64,000 nucleotides of DNA from Porticoccus sp. (GTDB lineage Bacteria; Pseudomonadota; Gammaproteobacteria; Pseudomonadales; Porticoccaceae): positions 43,062 through 107,061 of the forward strand of contig NZ_CBFHYF010000003.1 in NCBI RefSeq assembly GCF_965660005.1. The letters are read 5' to 3'. This document shows positions 10,359-20,815 of the stretch, piece by piece; position 1 is the stretch's first letter, and each line of letters starts with the position of its first letter. Position numbers and translations under genes: made by a program. The notes below the pieces were generated by a model, which did not search any database, had not been told where the DNA came from, and worked only from the letters and a program-made list of their open reading frames with translations.

Positions 10359-11662
10359 ATGTCAGAGTGGCTGCCGCCAGAATTATCGCGTCTGTCCTGA
10401 GGGGTGAAGGTTCACTCAATACGCTTTTGCCCGAGTATCTCGCCAGGGTGGATGATCGTGATCGCGGTCTCCTACAACAGTTGTGTTATGGCACATTGCG
10501 GTTTTATCCGCGCCTGTCTGTTTATCTGGCAGAATTGCTGGCAAAACCCTTCAAAATAAAGGATTTTGACATCGAGGCAACACTGGCCTGCTCGCTCTAT
10601 CAGTTACTTGAAACCCGTATTCCCCCTCACGCAGTGGTCAACGAAGCTGTAGATACCTGTCTGAAGCTGAAAAAAAACTGGGCCAAAGGCCTTACCAACG
10701 CAGTGCTGCGACGGTTTCTGCGGGAGCGCGTCTCACTCGATATCAAGCTGGGGAATCATCGTGCATTTCAGACCGCACACCCCGATTGGCTCATCGACCT
10801 CTGGCAAGCGGCCTGGCCAGAACAGCTGGATCAGCTGGTGGCCGCCAATAACCATCAACCACCCATGACGCTGCGGGCAAACCAAATGCGCTGCAGCCGG
10901 GACGAATACCTGGCAACACTGACAGAGGCCGGTATCGAGGCATCTCCCACCCGGTTCAGCGACGTCGGTATCACGCTGGAACAGCCCTGTGATGTGACAA
11001 ATTTACCCGGCTTTGCCGAGGGTGACGCCAGCGTCCAGGACGAAGCGGCCCAACTGGCGGCCCAGCTACTGGCTCCCGAACCCGGCCAGCGAATACTAGA
11101 TGCCTGTTGTGCGCCAGGTGGTAAAACCGGTCATATTCTCGAGTTGCTTAACAATCAGGGTGATGTCATTGCTATCGATATCGAGGCCGAACGGCTGGCA
11201 CGAGTTTCCGATAACTTGCTGCGGCTGGGGCTGCAGGCAAAGCTGCTCACCGCCGACGCGGCCAATCCGGCCAGTTGGTGGGATGGCAAGCAGTACTTTG
11301 ACTGTATTTTGCTGGATGCCCCCTGTTCCGCCACAGGTGTTATCCGCCGTCACCCCGATGTGAAACTACTGCGCAAACCGGCGGATATTGCTAAGCTGGC
11401 CACTTTGCAGTTGTCCCTGCTGAAAGCGCTGTGGCCACTGTTAGCAGAAGGCGGGGCTTTGCTTTACGCCACCTGCTCAACCTTGCCCCAGGAAAATGAT
11501 CAGGTGATCACAGATTTTGTCCGGGAAAACAATTCTGTCCGCCTCGAAACGGTGGCAACCCAAGCGGGAATTGCAACGTCAGCAGGTCGGCAATTGATGC
11601 CGGAGATTGGCGGCCACGATGGCTTTTATTTTGCCCGTCTGGTCAAGACAGGAATGGCTTAA
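10355..11662 (+). CDS. rsmB: 16S rRNA (cytosine967-C5)-methyltransferase
   Basis: 435 aa. NusB-like N-terminal domain plus a SAM methyltransferase domain (DACCAPGGKT, DAPCSATGVIRRHPD). ATGA overlap with fmt. Confidence 0.93.
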   Translation: MNVRVAAARIIASVLRGEGSLNTLLPEYLARVDDRDRGLLQQLCYGTLRFYPRLSVYLAELLAKPFKIKDFDIEATLACSLYQLLETRIPPHAVVNEAVDTCLKLKKNWAKGLTNAVLRRFLRERVSLDIKLGNHRAFQTAHPDWLIDLWQAAWPEQLDQLVAANNHQPPMTLRANQMRCSRDEYLATLTEAGIEASPTRFSDVGITLEQPCDVTNLPGFAEGDASVQDEAAQLAAQLLAPEPGQRILDACCAPGGKTGHILELLNNQGDVIAIDIEAERLARVSDNLLRLGLQAKLLTADAANPASWWDGKQYFDCILLDAPCSATGVIRRHPDVKLLRKPADIAKLATLQLSLLKALWPLLAEGGALLYATCSTLPQENDQVITDFVRENNSVRLETVATQAGIATSAGRQLMPEIGGHDGFYFARLVKTGMA

Positions 11663-11724
11663 CAGTGTTGGTTATTTTCTCCACCATCGGTGGCCATATA
11701 ACCAAATAACGGGAATTCCCAGCT

Positions 11725-13107
11725 ATGAAAATCGTCATTACCGGTGCCGGTCAAGTGGGCGGAACACTCGCCCAGCATCTGGCCGGAGAAGCTAACGATA
11801 TTTCTGTCATCGACACCAATGACCGTCGCCTGCGCGAACTTCAGGATCGGCTGGACATTCGCACGGTCAATGGCATGGCCTCTCACCCCGACGTCCTTAT
11901 CCGCGCAGGAATTGAAGACGCCGATATGCTGGTGGCGGTCACCAGCAGCGACGAAATCAATATGGCATCCTGCCAGGTCGCTTACTCCCTGTTCCGCACA
12001 CCCACCAAAATTGCCCGTATCCGCGATCGCAGCTACACCGCGGATAAAGTCCGTGAGCGCTTGTTCAACGATGCCAATTGCCCGGTTGATTTTCTGATCA
12101 CACCGGAACAGGTGGTTACCGACTACATATTCCGTCTGATTGAACAACCCGGCAGCCTTCAGGTTTTGAATTTTGCCGACGGGCTGGTTCAGCTGGTGGC
12201 TGTCCGCGCCATCAAGGGTGGGCCGCTGGTGGGTCACGAATTACGGCTCCTCCGCAAACATATGCCCAAAGTGGATGCGCGGGTCGCCGCGATTTTCCGC
12301 CGCGACCGGCCTATCTTTCCCCGTGGAGATACCGTCATTGAAGAGGGTGACGAAGTATTTTTTATCGCCGCTAAAAAAGACATCCGCAAGGTCATGGGTG
12401 AATTGCGCAGGCTTGAAAACCCATACCAACGGATTGTCATCGCCGGCGGTGGCAACATCGGCTACCGCCTGGCCAAAGCACTGGAAAAACAATACAACAT
12501 CAAAATCATCGAGTTTTCCGAAGAGCGCTGCCAGTATATTTCCGAACGACTGGATAAAACCGTTGTGCTCAATGGGTCCGCCACGGATCAGGACCTGTTA
12601 CTCGAAGAAAATATCGAGCGAACCGATGTTTTTCTTGCTCTCACCAATGACGATGAGATGAATATCATGGCATCCCTGCTGGCGAAAAGGCTGGGCACCC
12701 GTAAAGTGATGACCCTGATCAACAATCCGGTTTATGCCGACCTGGTTCAGGGGGGTGAAATCGATATCGCCATCTCTCCCCAACAGGCCACCACCAGTAT
12801 TCTGCTCAGTCACGTGCGTCGAGGTGATACGGTTAAAGCTCACTCACTTCGCCGGGGAGCTGCCGAGGCCATGGAGATTGTCGTCCATGGCGACAGTAAA
12901 ACCTCCAAAGTGGTCAGCAGGACCATCGAAGAAATCAAGTCACCGCCGGGCGTCACTCTGGCCGCACTGGTGCGCAACGGCGAGGTCATCATTGCCCACC
13001 ACGACACGGTGGTGGAAAACAACGACCACGCGATTGTCTTTGTGGTGGACAAACGCCGTACCCGGGAGGTGGAAAAGTTGTTCGCCGTCGGCTTTACCTT
13101 CTTCTAG
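11725..13107 (+). CDS. trkA: Trk system potassium uptake protein TrkA
   Basis: 460 aa with duplicated NAD-binding folds (MKIVITGAGQVGGTLA; IVIAGGGNIGYRLA). Confidence 0.95.
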   Translation: MKIVITGAGQVGGTLAQHLAGEANDISVIDTNDRRLRELQDRLDIRTVNGMASHPDVLIRAGIEDADMLVAVTSSDEINMASCQVAYSLFRTPTKIARIRDRSYTADKVRERLFNDANCPVDFLITPEQVVTDYIFRLIEQPGSLQVLNFADGLVQLVAVRAIKGGPLVGHELRLLRKHMPKVDARVAAIFRRDRPIFPRGDTVIEEGDEVFFIAAKKDIRKVMGELRRLENPYQRIVIAGGGNIGYRLAKALEKQYNIKIIEFSEERCQYISERLDKTVVLNGSATDQDLLLEENIERTDVFLALTNDDEMNIMASLLAKRLGTRKVMTLINNPVYADLVQGGEIDIAISPQQATTSILLSHVRRGDTVKAHSLRRGAAEAMEIVVHGDSKTSKVVSRTIEEIKSPPGVTLAALVRNGEVIIAHHDTVVENNDHAIVFVVDKRRTREVEKLFAVGFTFF

Positions 13108-13130
13108 CGCTGGCAGCGAAGATCTGATCT

Positions 13131-14582
13131 ATGCATTTTAATGTAATTTCAAAAGTTCTCGGGCTGCTCTTGATGGTTTTCAGCCTGACACTACTGACAC
13201 CCATCGTAGTCGCCACGATTTACGACGAGCAAACCCACGCTGCTTTTTTTCTGTCCTTTGCCATCACTTTTTCACTGGGCATGCTCATGTGGCTGCCATT
13301 CAGCCGCCAAAGTGCAGAACTCCGCAGTCGTGACGGATTCCTGATTACCGTGATGTTCTGGGTTGAACTGGCCCTTGTCGGGGCATTGCCCTTTATACTT
13401 TCTGAGTCATTGCCACTGAGTATCACCGATGCCGTGTTTGAATCCATGTCAGGGTTGACCACCACCGGGGCAACCGTGTTAACCGGTTTGGATTTCCTGC
13501 CAAAATCGATTCTCTATTACCGTCAGCAATTGCAGTGGTTGGGCGGCATCGGGATTGTCGTCATCGCCGTGGCCATCATGCCCATGCTGGGTGTTGGTGG
13601 TATGCAGCTGTATCGTGCCGAAACCCCCGGACCCGTGAAGGACAACAAACTGACTCCCCGCATTACTGAAACAGCAAAAGCACTATTCTTTATTTACCTT
13701 GGTCTGACCGTTGCGTGCATGCTTGCCTACTGGCTGGCTGGCATGACTTTTTTCGACGCGGTAGGGCACAGTTTTTCCACCGTAGCCATTGGTGGCTTCT
13801 CTACCCATGATGCCAGCATGGGTTATTTTGATGGCAACACCACCATCATCGGTATCTGTATTTTCTTTATGATCATTTCCGGCCTGAATTTTGGTCTTCA
13901 CTACTATGCCTTTATAAGAAAGTCCCTCACCCATTATCTCCGCAATCCCGAGGCCAAGCTTTATCTCCAGATGCTGCTGGCAGGGAGTATTTCGGTGACA
14001 GCATATCTTTTCTGGAGCGGCACCTATGACAAGGGTGAAAGTGTCTATCACGGCGTTTTTCAGCTGGTTTCCATTATGACGACAACCGGTTTTTCCACTG
14101 CCGATTTCAGTGTTTGGCCAACTTTTGTACCATTTCTGATGCTTTTTCTGTCCTTTTTCGGCGCCTGCGCCAACTCCACTGGTGGCGGTATTAAAGTGGG
14201 ACGTATGCTGATCCTGGCGAAACAGAGTCTCAGAGAAATCCATCGCCTGATTCACCCGAATGCACTGTTCCCTATCAAAATACGCAATCGCAGTGTGCCC
14301 GAGCAGATCACCAATGCTATCTGGGCATTTTTCGGTGTTTATCTCGCCGTCTATTATCTGATGGTATTGTTGCTGCTGGCTTCCGGCCTCGACTATGTCA
14401 CATCCTGGTCCGCCACAGCCGCCGCACTCAATAACCTTGGTCCCGGCCTCGGTGATGTATCTGCCAATTACGGCAATATCAATATCTTTGCCAAGTGGGT
14501 TCTCTGTATCGGTATGCTTTTAGGTCGACTGGAAATATTTACGCTACTGGTACTACTCACCCCCATGTTCTGGCGCCGTTGA
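13131..14582 (+). CDS. trkH: Trk system potassium uptake protein TrkH
   Basis: 483-aa polytopic membrane protein with GLTTTGATV, STVAIGGFST and TTTGFSTAD selectivity-filter-like repeats. Confidence 0.93.
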   Translation: MHFNVISKVLGLLLMVFSLTLLTPIVVATIYDEQTHAAFFLSFAITFSLGMLMWLPFSRQSAELRSRDGFLITVMFWVELALVGALPFILSESLPLSITDAVFESMSGLTTTGATVLTGLDFLPKSILYYRQQLQWLGGIGIVVIAVAIMPMLGVGGMQLYRAETPGPVKDNKLTPRITETAKALFFIYLGLTVACMLAYWLAGMTFFDAVGHSFSTVAIGGFSTHDASMGYFDGNTTIIGICIFFMIISGLNFGLHYYAFIRKSLTHYLRNPEAKLYLQMLLAGSISVTAYLFWSGTYDKGESVYHGVFQLVSIMTTTGFSTADFSVWPTFVPFLMLFLSFFGACANSTGGGIKVGRMLILAKQSLREIHRLIHPNALFPIKIRNRSVPEQITNAIWAFFGVYLAVYYLMVLLLLASGLDYVTSWSATAAALNNLGPGLGDVSANYGNINIFAKWVLCIGMLLGRLEIFTLLVLLTPMFWRR

Positions 14583-14645
14583 AACTGCTTGTCCGAGAGA
14601 GACAATGGCCCGGGAGAAACCCACCATCTGATCAGAGAAACTTCC

Positions 14646-14960
14646 ATGACACTGATCAACAATCTTGAAACAATGCTTGCCCAGGGCAATGATTCAGCAA
14701 TGCTTCGATTTGGCCTGGGCAGCGCCTGTCTTCATGAAAAACGCTATACCGAGGCAATCGACCATCTGGAGCGCTGTCTGGCAATGGACGAAAATTATAC
14801 CGCTGCCTACAAATTGCTGGGGCGAGCACAGTTCAAACTTGAGCAACTGGATGCTGCGAAAAAGACCTTTGCAATAGGGCTTGAAAAAGCCGGTGCTGCT
14901 GGTGACAAACAAACCGAACGTGAAATACAGGTTTTTTTGAAAAAACTGGCTGGCGATTGA
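14646..14960 (+). CDS. small tetratricopeptide-repeat protein
   Basis: About 104 aa from ATG 14646 (track start is TTG 14589). TPR-like helices (LGSACLHEKRYTEAIDHLERCLAMDENYTAAYKLLGRAQ). Confidence 0.6.
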   Translation: MTLINNLETMLAQGNDSAMLRFGLGSACLHEKRYTEAIDHLERCLAMDENYTAAYKLLGRAQFKLEQLDAAKKTFAIGLEKAGAAGDKQTEREIQVFLKKLAGD

Positions 14961-14997
14961 TTCATTGTTGGACAACGCTGTTACTTGAGTAAACTGC

Positions 14998-15423
14998 ATG
15001 ACTCAGCTGATTGGTTGGCGGGAATGGTTGTCATTGCCTGATTTGGGTATTGCCCGGATCAAGGCCAAGATAGATACTGGCGCGCGCACTTCCTGCCTGC
15101 ATGCCCATCACCTTGAACCTTTCACTGAACAGGGGTCTCCCTGGGTGAGAATCTGGGTGCACCCCCGGCAGAACAGTAACCACAGCATCTGTTGTGCAGC
15201 ACCCATTGTGGATGAGCGTGTTGTCACTGATTCCGGTGGTCACAGGGAACGGCGTATCGTGATACAAACCACCGTGGTGCTCGGCACCAAAACCGTACCC
15301 ATAGAAATGACCCTCACCAACCGGGATACCATGAAATTTCGTATGCTGTTGGGGCGTTCGGCTCTGGCGGGACAATTCATTGTGGATCCACAGACATCCT
15401 ATTTAGCGGGAAAAATTAAATGA
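14998..15423 (+). CDS. RimK-associated retropepsin-like 'ATP-dependent zinc protease' family protein (RimB-like)
   Basis: 141 aa. [25 protein letters not shown] is typical of this family. ATGA overlap with rimK. Confidence 0.8.
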   Translation: MTQLIGWREWLSLPDLGIARIKAKIDTGARTSCLHAHHLEPFTEQGSPWVRIWVHPRQNSNHSICCAAPIVDERVVTDSGGHRERRIVIQTTVVLGTKTVPIEMTLTNRDTMKFRMLLGRSALAGQFIVDPQTSYLAGKIK

Positions 15424-16325
15424 GAGTTGCCATTCTATCCCGCAATGCCGAGTTGTATTCCACTCGCCGCCTCAAAGAAGCCGCGATTGAGCGCGGCCAT
15501 GAAGTCAGAATTATCGATGTGTTGAAGTGTTATATGAACATCAACATCCAAAATCCCAGCATTCATGTAAAGGGTGTGGAGCTGCCGGCTTTTGACGTGG
15601 TCGTTCCCCGTATCGGGGCATCGGTTACCACTTACGGTACGGCGGTACTTCGCCAGTTCGAGATGATGGGCGTTTACCCTTTGAACGAATCGGTGGCTAT
15701 CACCCGCTCGCGGGATAAATTGCGCTCCCTGCAACTGTTATCCCGCAAGGGAATCGGCCTGCCTGTCACTGGCTATGCCAACAAGCCCAGCGATATTCCA
15801 GATCTGATCGATATGGTGGGTGGACCGCCGCTGGTGGTCAAATTGCTTGAGGGCACCCAGGGTATCGGTGTGGTGATGGCGGAAACCCGAAAAGCGGCAG
15901 AAAGCGTGATCGAGGCGTTCATGGGTCTGAAAGCCGACATTATGGTTCAGGAATACATCTCGGAATCCGGTGGCGCAGACATTCGCTGTTTTGTTATTGG
16001 TGACAAGGTGGTCGCCGCCATGCAGCGACAGGCCCAACCGGGAGAATTTCGCTCCAATCTGCACCGGGGGGGCACAGCCACGCTGGCAAGACTCTCTCCA
16101 GCCGAACGCTCTACCGCCGTTCGCCCTGCCAAAACCATGGGACTGAATGTAGCGGGGGTGGATATCCTTCGCTCCAACCACGGGCCATTGGTGATGGAGG
16201 TGAATTCATCGCCGGGCCTTGAGGGGATTGAAACGGCCACTGGCAAGGACGTTGCCGGTAATATCATTCAGTTCATGGAAAAAAATGCCCGGCAATCCCG
16301 CACCAAAACCCGTGGGCAGGGATAG
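15420..16325 (+). CDS. rimK: ribosomal protein S6 L-glutamate ligase (ATP-grasp)
   Basis: 301 aa, collinear with E. coli RimK ([40 protein letters not shown]). Confidence 0.93.
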   Translation: MRVAILSRNAELYSTRRLKEAAIERGHEVRIIDVLKCYMNINIQNPSIHVKGVELPAFDVVVPRIGASVTTYGTAVLRQFEMMGVYPLNESVAITRSRDKLRSLQLLSRKGIGLPVTGYANKPSDIPDLIDMVGGPPLVVKLLEGTQGIGVVMAETRKAAESVIEAFMGLKADIMVQEYISESGGADIRCFVIGDKVVAAMQRQAQPGEFRSNLHRGGTATLARLSPAERSTAVRPAKTMGLNVAGVDILRSNHGPLVMEVNSSPGLEGIETATGKDVAGNIIQFMEKNARQSRTKTRGQG

Positions 16326-16338
16326 AAGGATCGTTATT

Positions 16339-17385
16339 TTGAGCAGATCACCCCTGAAACTGGCAGGCGAGGTCATCAATCCCGGGAAAACCCGGCTGCT
16401 GTCAATTCCCGCGGCACGCCTGTATACCGATACGCCCATCGATTTGCCGGTGGAGGTCATCCACAGCCGCAAACCCGGACCGGTACTACTGGTTTGCGCG
16501 GCGATTCACGGGGATGAGATTAACGGAATCGAAATTTGCCGTCGTATTGTCGGTAAGCGCTTACTACGTCGTTTGTCGGTAACTTTACTAATTGTTCCTA
16601 TTGTTAATATGTTCGGTTTTATCCAACAGTCTCGTTATTTACCGGATCGGCGCGATTTAAACCGATGTTTCCCAGGTTCGCCCCGGGGACCGTTGGGAAG
16701 CCGTCTGGCCAATCTGATTCATACGGAACTACTCAGTCACTGCACACACGTTATCGACCTTCATACCGGCGCCATCCATCGCAAAAATCTTTCCCAGATT
16801 CGCGGTGATCTCGATGACCCCGCAGCACTGGGTATGGCAGAGGCCTTTGGTGCGCCCATTTTTATGGATGCCAAAGTCAGAGATGGTTCACTGCGCGCTG
16901 CTGCCACCGAGCTGGGTATTCCGGCCATACTGTATGAAGCGGGGGAGGCACTGCGTTTTGACGAGCCCGCCATAAAGGCCGGCGTACGGGGCGTCATGTC
17001 GGTCATGCGTCATCTCGGTATGCTGCCAGCACGAACGGATCACTCCCCTCCCAAGCTGGTGCCGGTTAAGGCCAGTCGAAGCTATTGGTTGCGGGCAGAG
17101 CGCGATGGCATTGTGATCAGTAAAATCAAGCTGGGACAGCGGGTCAAAGAGGGCCAGGTACTGGCCTATCTCGCTTCGCCATTCGGCGGCCCGGAAAAAC
17201 CCCTGAAATCAGGCAGCGACGGCATTGTTATCGCAGCTTCCCAGATTCCACTGGTCAACGAGGGGGAAGCCCTGTTTCATATCGCAGAGTTCACCACCCT
17301 GGGCAAAGCCTCGGATAGCGTCGAAGCATTTCAGGAACACTTTGATGACCAACCCGAGCAGGAAACTTTTACACGACCACTTTGA
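16339..17385 (+). CDS. succinylglutamate desuccinylase/aspartoacylase (M14-like) family protein
   Basis: AAIHGDEINGIEI zinc motif. The track ORF starts at 16219 inside rimK. I prefer TTG 16339 (AAGGA 8 nt upstream) because the N-terminus (L)SRSPLKLAGEVINPG matches homologues I recall. ATG 16285 is the alternative. Confidence 0.8.
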   Translation: MSRSPLKLAGEVINPGKTRLLSIPAARLYTDTPIDLPVEVIHSRKPGPVLLVCAAIHGDEINGIEICRRIVGKRLLRRLSVTLLIVPIVNMFGFIQQSRYLPDRRDLNRCFPGSPRGPLGSRLANLIHTELLSHCTHVIDLHTGAIHRKNLSQIRGDLDDPAALGMAEAFGAPIFMDAKVRDGSLRAAATELGIPAILYEAGEALRFDEPAIKAGVRGVMSVMRHLGMLPARTDHSPPKLVPVKASRSYWLRAERDGIVISKIKLGQRVKEGQVLAYLASPFGGPEKPLKSGSDGIVIAASQIPLVNEGEALFHIAEFTTLGKASDSVEAFQEHFDDQPEQETFTRPL

Positions 17386-17406
17386 TCTTTCTCTGTCAAA
17401 CAACCG

Positions 17407-18501
17407 CTATTTAAGCTCTCGGGCCCGATAATACGCCTCTTCCGAGATTTTGTGATAGTTCATAACACCGGCTTTGAATGCCTGCTGGGATTCGTAAACC
17501 CGTTTGAATTGTGGGTCCCTGCTGGCTATTCCCTCCAACACCTGATCGGTGACCCGATTCAGTTCCGCCAGCACCTCGTCCGGTAGCGGCCGCACCTCTA
17601 CACCGTGAGTTTCCACCAGTTCCTTTAGCGCACCATTGTTGCGGGCTGTGTAATCGTCCAGCATATCCTGGTTAATCGCTCTCGCTGCACCCTCGACTAT
17701 GGCCTGCAAATCGTCTGGCAGTGATGCAAAGGCCTGTTTGTTAACCATCAACTCCAGTGTCGGACCCGGTTCGTGCCAACCGGGGTAATAGTAATACTTG
17801 GCTACCTGATGAAAACCAAAGGCCAGATCGTTGTAGGGACCAACCCACTCGGTGGCATCAATAACACCCGTTTGCATCGAGGTATAGAGCTCTCCCCCGG
17901 GAATATTGACTGCCTCAACACCCATACGGCTGATTACCTCTCCACCCAAACCCGGGATCCGCATTTTCAGTCCCTTGAGATCTTCCAGAGAGTTGATTTC
18001 ACGATTAAACCAGCCGGCCATCTGTACACCGGTATTCCCCGCTGCCAGAGGTAACAGATTGAAGGGTTCATAAAGTTCGCGCCACAACGCCATGCCGCCG
18101 CCGTATTGCAACCAGCCATTCATTTCCTGGGCATTGAGACCAAACGGAATGGTCGTAAAAAGTGCGCTAGACGGCGATTTTCCCTTCCAGTAATAGGAGG
18201 CCCCATGTCCCATTTCAGCGGCCCCCTGTGAGACCGCATCAAACACCTCCATAGCCGGCACAAGCTGGCCTGCCCCGTAGACTTTTACTGTCAGCCGGCC
18301 CCCACTCATCCGCTCCACCAGGACAGCAAAGTTTTCAGCGGCCATACCCAGTCCGGGAAAGTTTTTTGGCCAGGTAGTGACCATTTTCCACTGGTAGGTT
18401 TTCTGGGTGGCTTGTTGCTGGCCAGGAGAAGCCATGTCACTGTCGCCACCACAACCCACCAGGGTCAATAACAACATGGTCAACAAAATAGGCGTTTTCA
18501 T
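17407..18501 (-). CDS. TRAP transporter substrate-binding protein (DctP-type)
   Basis: MKTPILLTMLLLTLVGCGG lipoprotein-type signal, then TTWPKNFPGLG..MQMAGWFN..TEWVGPYND. Start at ATG 18501 with GAGGAAAAG upstream. No permease genes are adjacent. Confidence 0.85.
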   Translation of the reverse strand: MKTPILLTMLLLTLVGCGGDSDMASPGQQQATQKTYQWKMVTTWPKNFPGLGMAAENFAVLVERMSGGRLTVKVYGAGQLVPAMEVFDAVSQGAAEMGHGASYYWKGKSPSSALFTTIPFGLNAQEMNGWLQYGGGMALWRELYEPFNLLPLAAGNTGVQMAGWFNREINSLEDLKGLKMRIPGLGGEVISRMGVEAVNIPGGELYTSMQTGVIDATEWVGPYNDLAFGFHQVAKYYYYPGWHEPGPTLELMVNKQAFASLPDDLQAIVEGAARAINQDMLDDYTARNNGALKELVETHGVEVRPLPDEVLAELNRVTDQVLEGIASRDPQFKRVYESQQAFKAGVMNYHKISEEAYYRARELK

Positions 18502-18518
18502 AGTCTTTTCCTCGATGA

Positions 18519-20687
18519 TTAACCCATTGGACTGAGTTTGGCATAGGCCAAAACCAGCCATTTGGTCCCTTCTTTATCAAAATTTACCTGTACCCGGGCA
18601 TGGGCACCATTACCCTCAAAATTTAAAACGACGCCTTCACCGAAAATAGGGTGCAAAACCCGCTGCCCGAGAGAAAGACTGGTGTTCTCTCCGCTATCGC
18701 TGAGGTTCATCGCCGGTTGTCGGGCATAACTGGCAGGTCGTTTGATCTGAGCTCGCAACCGGACCTCTTCCACCAGATTGGCTGGAATATCACGGACAAA
18801 CCGGGATACGCGGTTATAATTTTCGGTGCCATACTGCTGACGGGATTCGGCAAAGGTGAGGTAAAGCTTCTGCATCGCCCGGGTAATCCCCACATAGGCC
18901 AGTCGCCGCTCCTCCTCAAGTCGTCCGGGATCCTCTGCGGACATCCGGTGGGGAAACAGGTTTTCCTCCATACCCGCCAGAAAAACCAGCGGAAACTCAA
19001 GCCCCTTGGCCGAGTGCAATGTCATCAGCTGTACCGCATCCTCACCCACATCCGCCTGCCGATCTCCAGCATCCAGGGCCGCCTGATCGAGAAATTGCGA
19101 CAGTGGTGGCAGGTCTTTGTCTTCTGGCTCAAAGGATCGGCTGGCGATCACCAGTTCCTGCAGGTTTTCCACTCGTGATTCACCCCGGTCTCCTTTTTCC
19201 CGGCGATGAAAATCGATTAATCCACTGCCCTCGATAATATGATCCACCCGTTCATGTAGCGGGAAATCTGTAGTCTCTTGGTCGAGCCTCCCGATTAGGG
19301 TCAGGAAGCCCTCCAGCGCATTACTGGCCCGACCAGAAAATTGACCCGCAGCAATGGCATGCTCCGCTGTTCGCCAGAGCGACATCCCTTCATCACGGGC
19401 CAGCTCACGCAGCTCCTGAATTGTTTTATCACCGATCCCCCGGGTCGGAGTATTGACCACCCGCTCAAATGCTGCATCGTCGTGACGGTTGACCAGCAAT
19501 CTCAAGTAGGCGAGGGCATTGCGGATTTCCTGACGTTCATAAAATTTTTGCCCCCCATAAATGCGGTAGGGAATTGCAGCGCGCAACAGGGCGTCTTCAA
19601 GCACCCGGGACTGTGCATTGGAACGATAGAGAATGGCCGATTCCTCGCGCAGATTACCCTGATTGACCCAGTCTCTCAGACGCTCGGCAATAAAACGGGC
19701 TTCATCCTGCTCATTGAAGGCCGCATAAAGTGAAATAGCTTCACCTTCGTTATCGTCCGTCCAGAGGTTTTTTCCCAGGCGATTGGAATTGCGTGAAATC
19801 ACGGCATTGGCTGCTTCAAGAATATTTTTACTGGAGCGATAATTCTGTTCCAGTCGCACCATCCGGGTGGCCGGATAATCACGGGGGAAGTTGAGAATGT
19901 TTTCCACCTTGGCACCACGCCAGCCATAAATGGACTGATCGTCGTCACCCACTGCCGTTACCGGCAGCTGATCACCTGCCAGCACTCGCAACCAGGCATA
20001 TTGAATCGCATTGGTGTCCTGAAATTCATCTGCCAGCAAATGCCGGAAACGATGCTGATAGTGTTGCAGGAGTTCTGGATTTTTCAGCCAGAGCTCATGG
20101 GCGCGAAGCAGTAATTCGCCGAAATCCACTATTCCGCCGCGCTCACAGGCTTCCTCATAAGCAGCATAAACCTGTTGCATGGTTCGCTGATAGGGGTCAT
20201 GGGCCGGTTGCAAATCGCGGCAGCGCAGTCCCTCGTCTTTCTGGTTATTGATAAACGACTGGGCCTGCCGCTGGGGCCAGCGGCTATCATCAATGCCCAA
20301 GCTCTGATACAGGCGTTTGACCAGTCGAAGCTGGTCGTCACTGTCGAGTATCTGAAAATTTTCCGGAAGACCCGCATCCTGCCAATGCATTTTGAGTAGC
20401 CGATGAGCTAATCCGTGAAAAGTGCCCACCCACATTCCCTGAGCGGAGAAACCCAACAGGTCTTCAATGCGACCCCGCATTTCCCTTGCCGCCTTGTTGG
20501 TAAAGGTGACCGCCAGGATCGAATAGGGCGAAACCTGTTCCACCTGTATCAACCAGGCAATTCGATGAACAAGAACGCGGGTCTTGCCACTGCCTGCACC
20601 TGCGAGCACCAGAAGATGGCTGGCATTGCTGGAAACGGCTTCACGTTGGGCGGTATTCAGGGGATCGAGTATTGTTGTGACATCCAT
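18519..20687 (-). CDS. uvrD: DNA helicase II
   Basis: LNTAQREAV..AGAGSGKTRVLVHRIAWL, TFTNKAAREM, DEFQDTN and the other UvrD/Rep motifs. ATG 20687 (MDVTTILDPLN) is preferred over track start 20753. Confidence 0.95.
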   Translation of the reverse strand: MDVTTILDPLNTAQREAVSSNASHLLVLAGAGSGKTRVLVHRIAWLIQVEQVSPYSILAVTFTNKAAREMRGRIEDLLGFSAQGMWVGTFHGLAHRLLKMHWQDAGLPENFQILDSDDQLRLVKRLYQSLGIDDSRWPQRQAQSFINNQKDEGLRCRDLQPAHDPYQRTMQQVYAAYEEACERGGIVDFGELLLRAHELWLKNPELLQHYQHRFRHLLADEFQDTNAIQYAWLRVLAGDQLPVTAVGDDDQSIYGWRGAKVENILNFPRDYPATRMVRLEQNYRSSKNILEAANAVISRNSNRLGKNLWTDDNEGEAISLYAAFNEQDEARFIAERLRDWVNQGNLREESAILYRSNAQSRVLEDALLRAAIPYRIYGGQKFYERQEIRNALAYLRLLVNRHDDAAFERVVNTPTRGIGDKTIQELRELARDEGMSLWRTAEHAIAAGQFSGRASNALEGFLTLIGRLDQETTDFPLHERVDHIIEGSGLIDFHRREKGDRGESRVENLQELVIASRSFEPEDKDLPPLSQFLDQAALDAGDRQADVGEDAVQLMTLHSAKGLEFPLVFLAGMEENLFPHRMSAEDPGRLEEERRLAYVGITRAMQKLYLTFAESRQQYGTENYNRVSRFVRDIPANLVEEVRLRAQIKRPASYARQPAMNLSDSGENTSLSLGQRVLHPIFGEGVVLNFEGNGAHARVQVNFDKEGTKWLVLAYAKLSPMG

Positions 20688-20772
20688 GGCGGTAAATTCT
20701 ATCAGAACACTGATGCCGGTGGGCGATCCTTGCGTACGGCAATAGACTTTCACTACAAGAATGCCATTTTTC

Positions 20773-20787
20773 TGTAAATTATTTACA
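20773..20787. promoter_or_regulatory. HexR-type operator in the uvrD-hexR spacer
   Basis: TGTAAAT-T-ATTTACA, a perfect 15-bp palindrome matching the TGTA-N7-TACA HexR consensus. It lies 29 nt upstream of the hexR ATG and overlaps a TACAAT -10-like hexamer. Confidence 0.6.
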
Positions 20788-20815
20788 ATAAAGCTCGTAT
20801 TGTGGAGAGATCACC

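Noticed and set aside
20772-20787. A possible LexA (SOS) box for uvrD, read from CTGTAAATTATTTACA.
   Set aside because: The right half is TACA, not ACAG, at the required CTGT-N8-ACAG spacing. The palindrome fits the HexR TGTA-N7-TACA pattern instead. No SOS box was found upstream of dinF (278-467) either.
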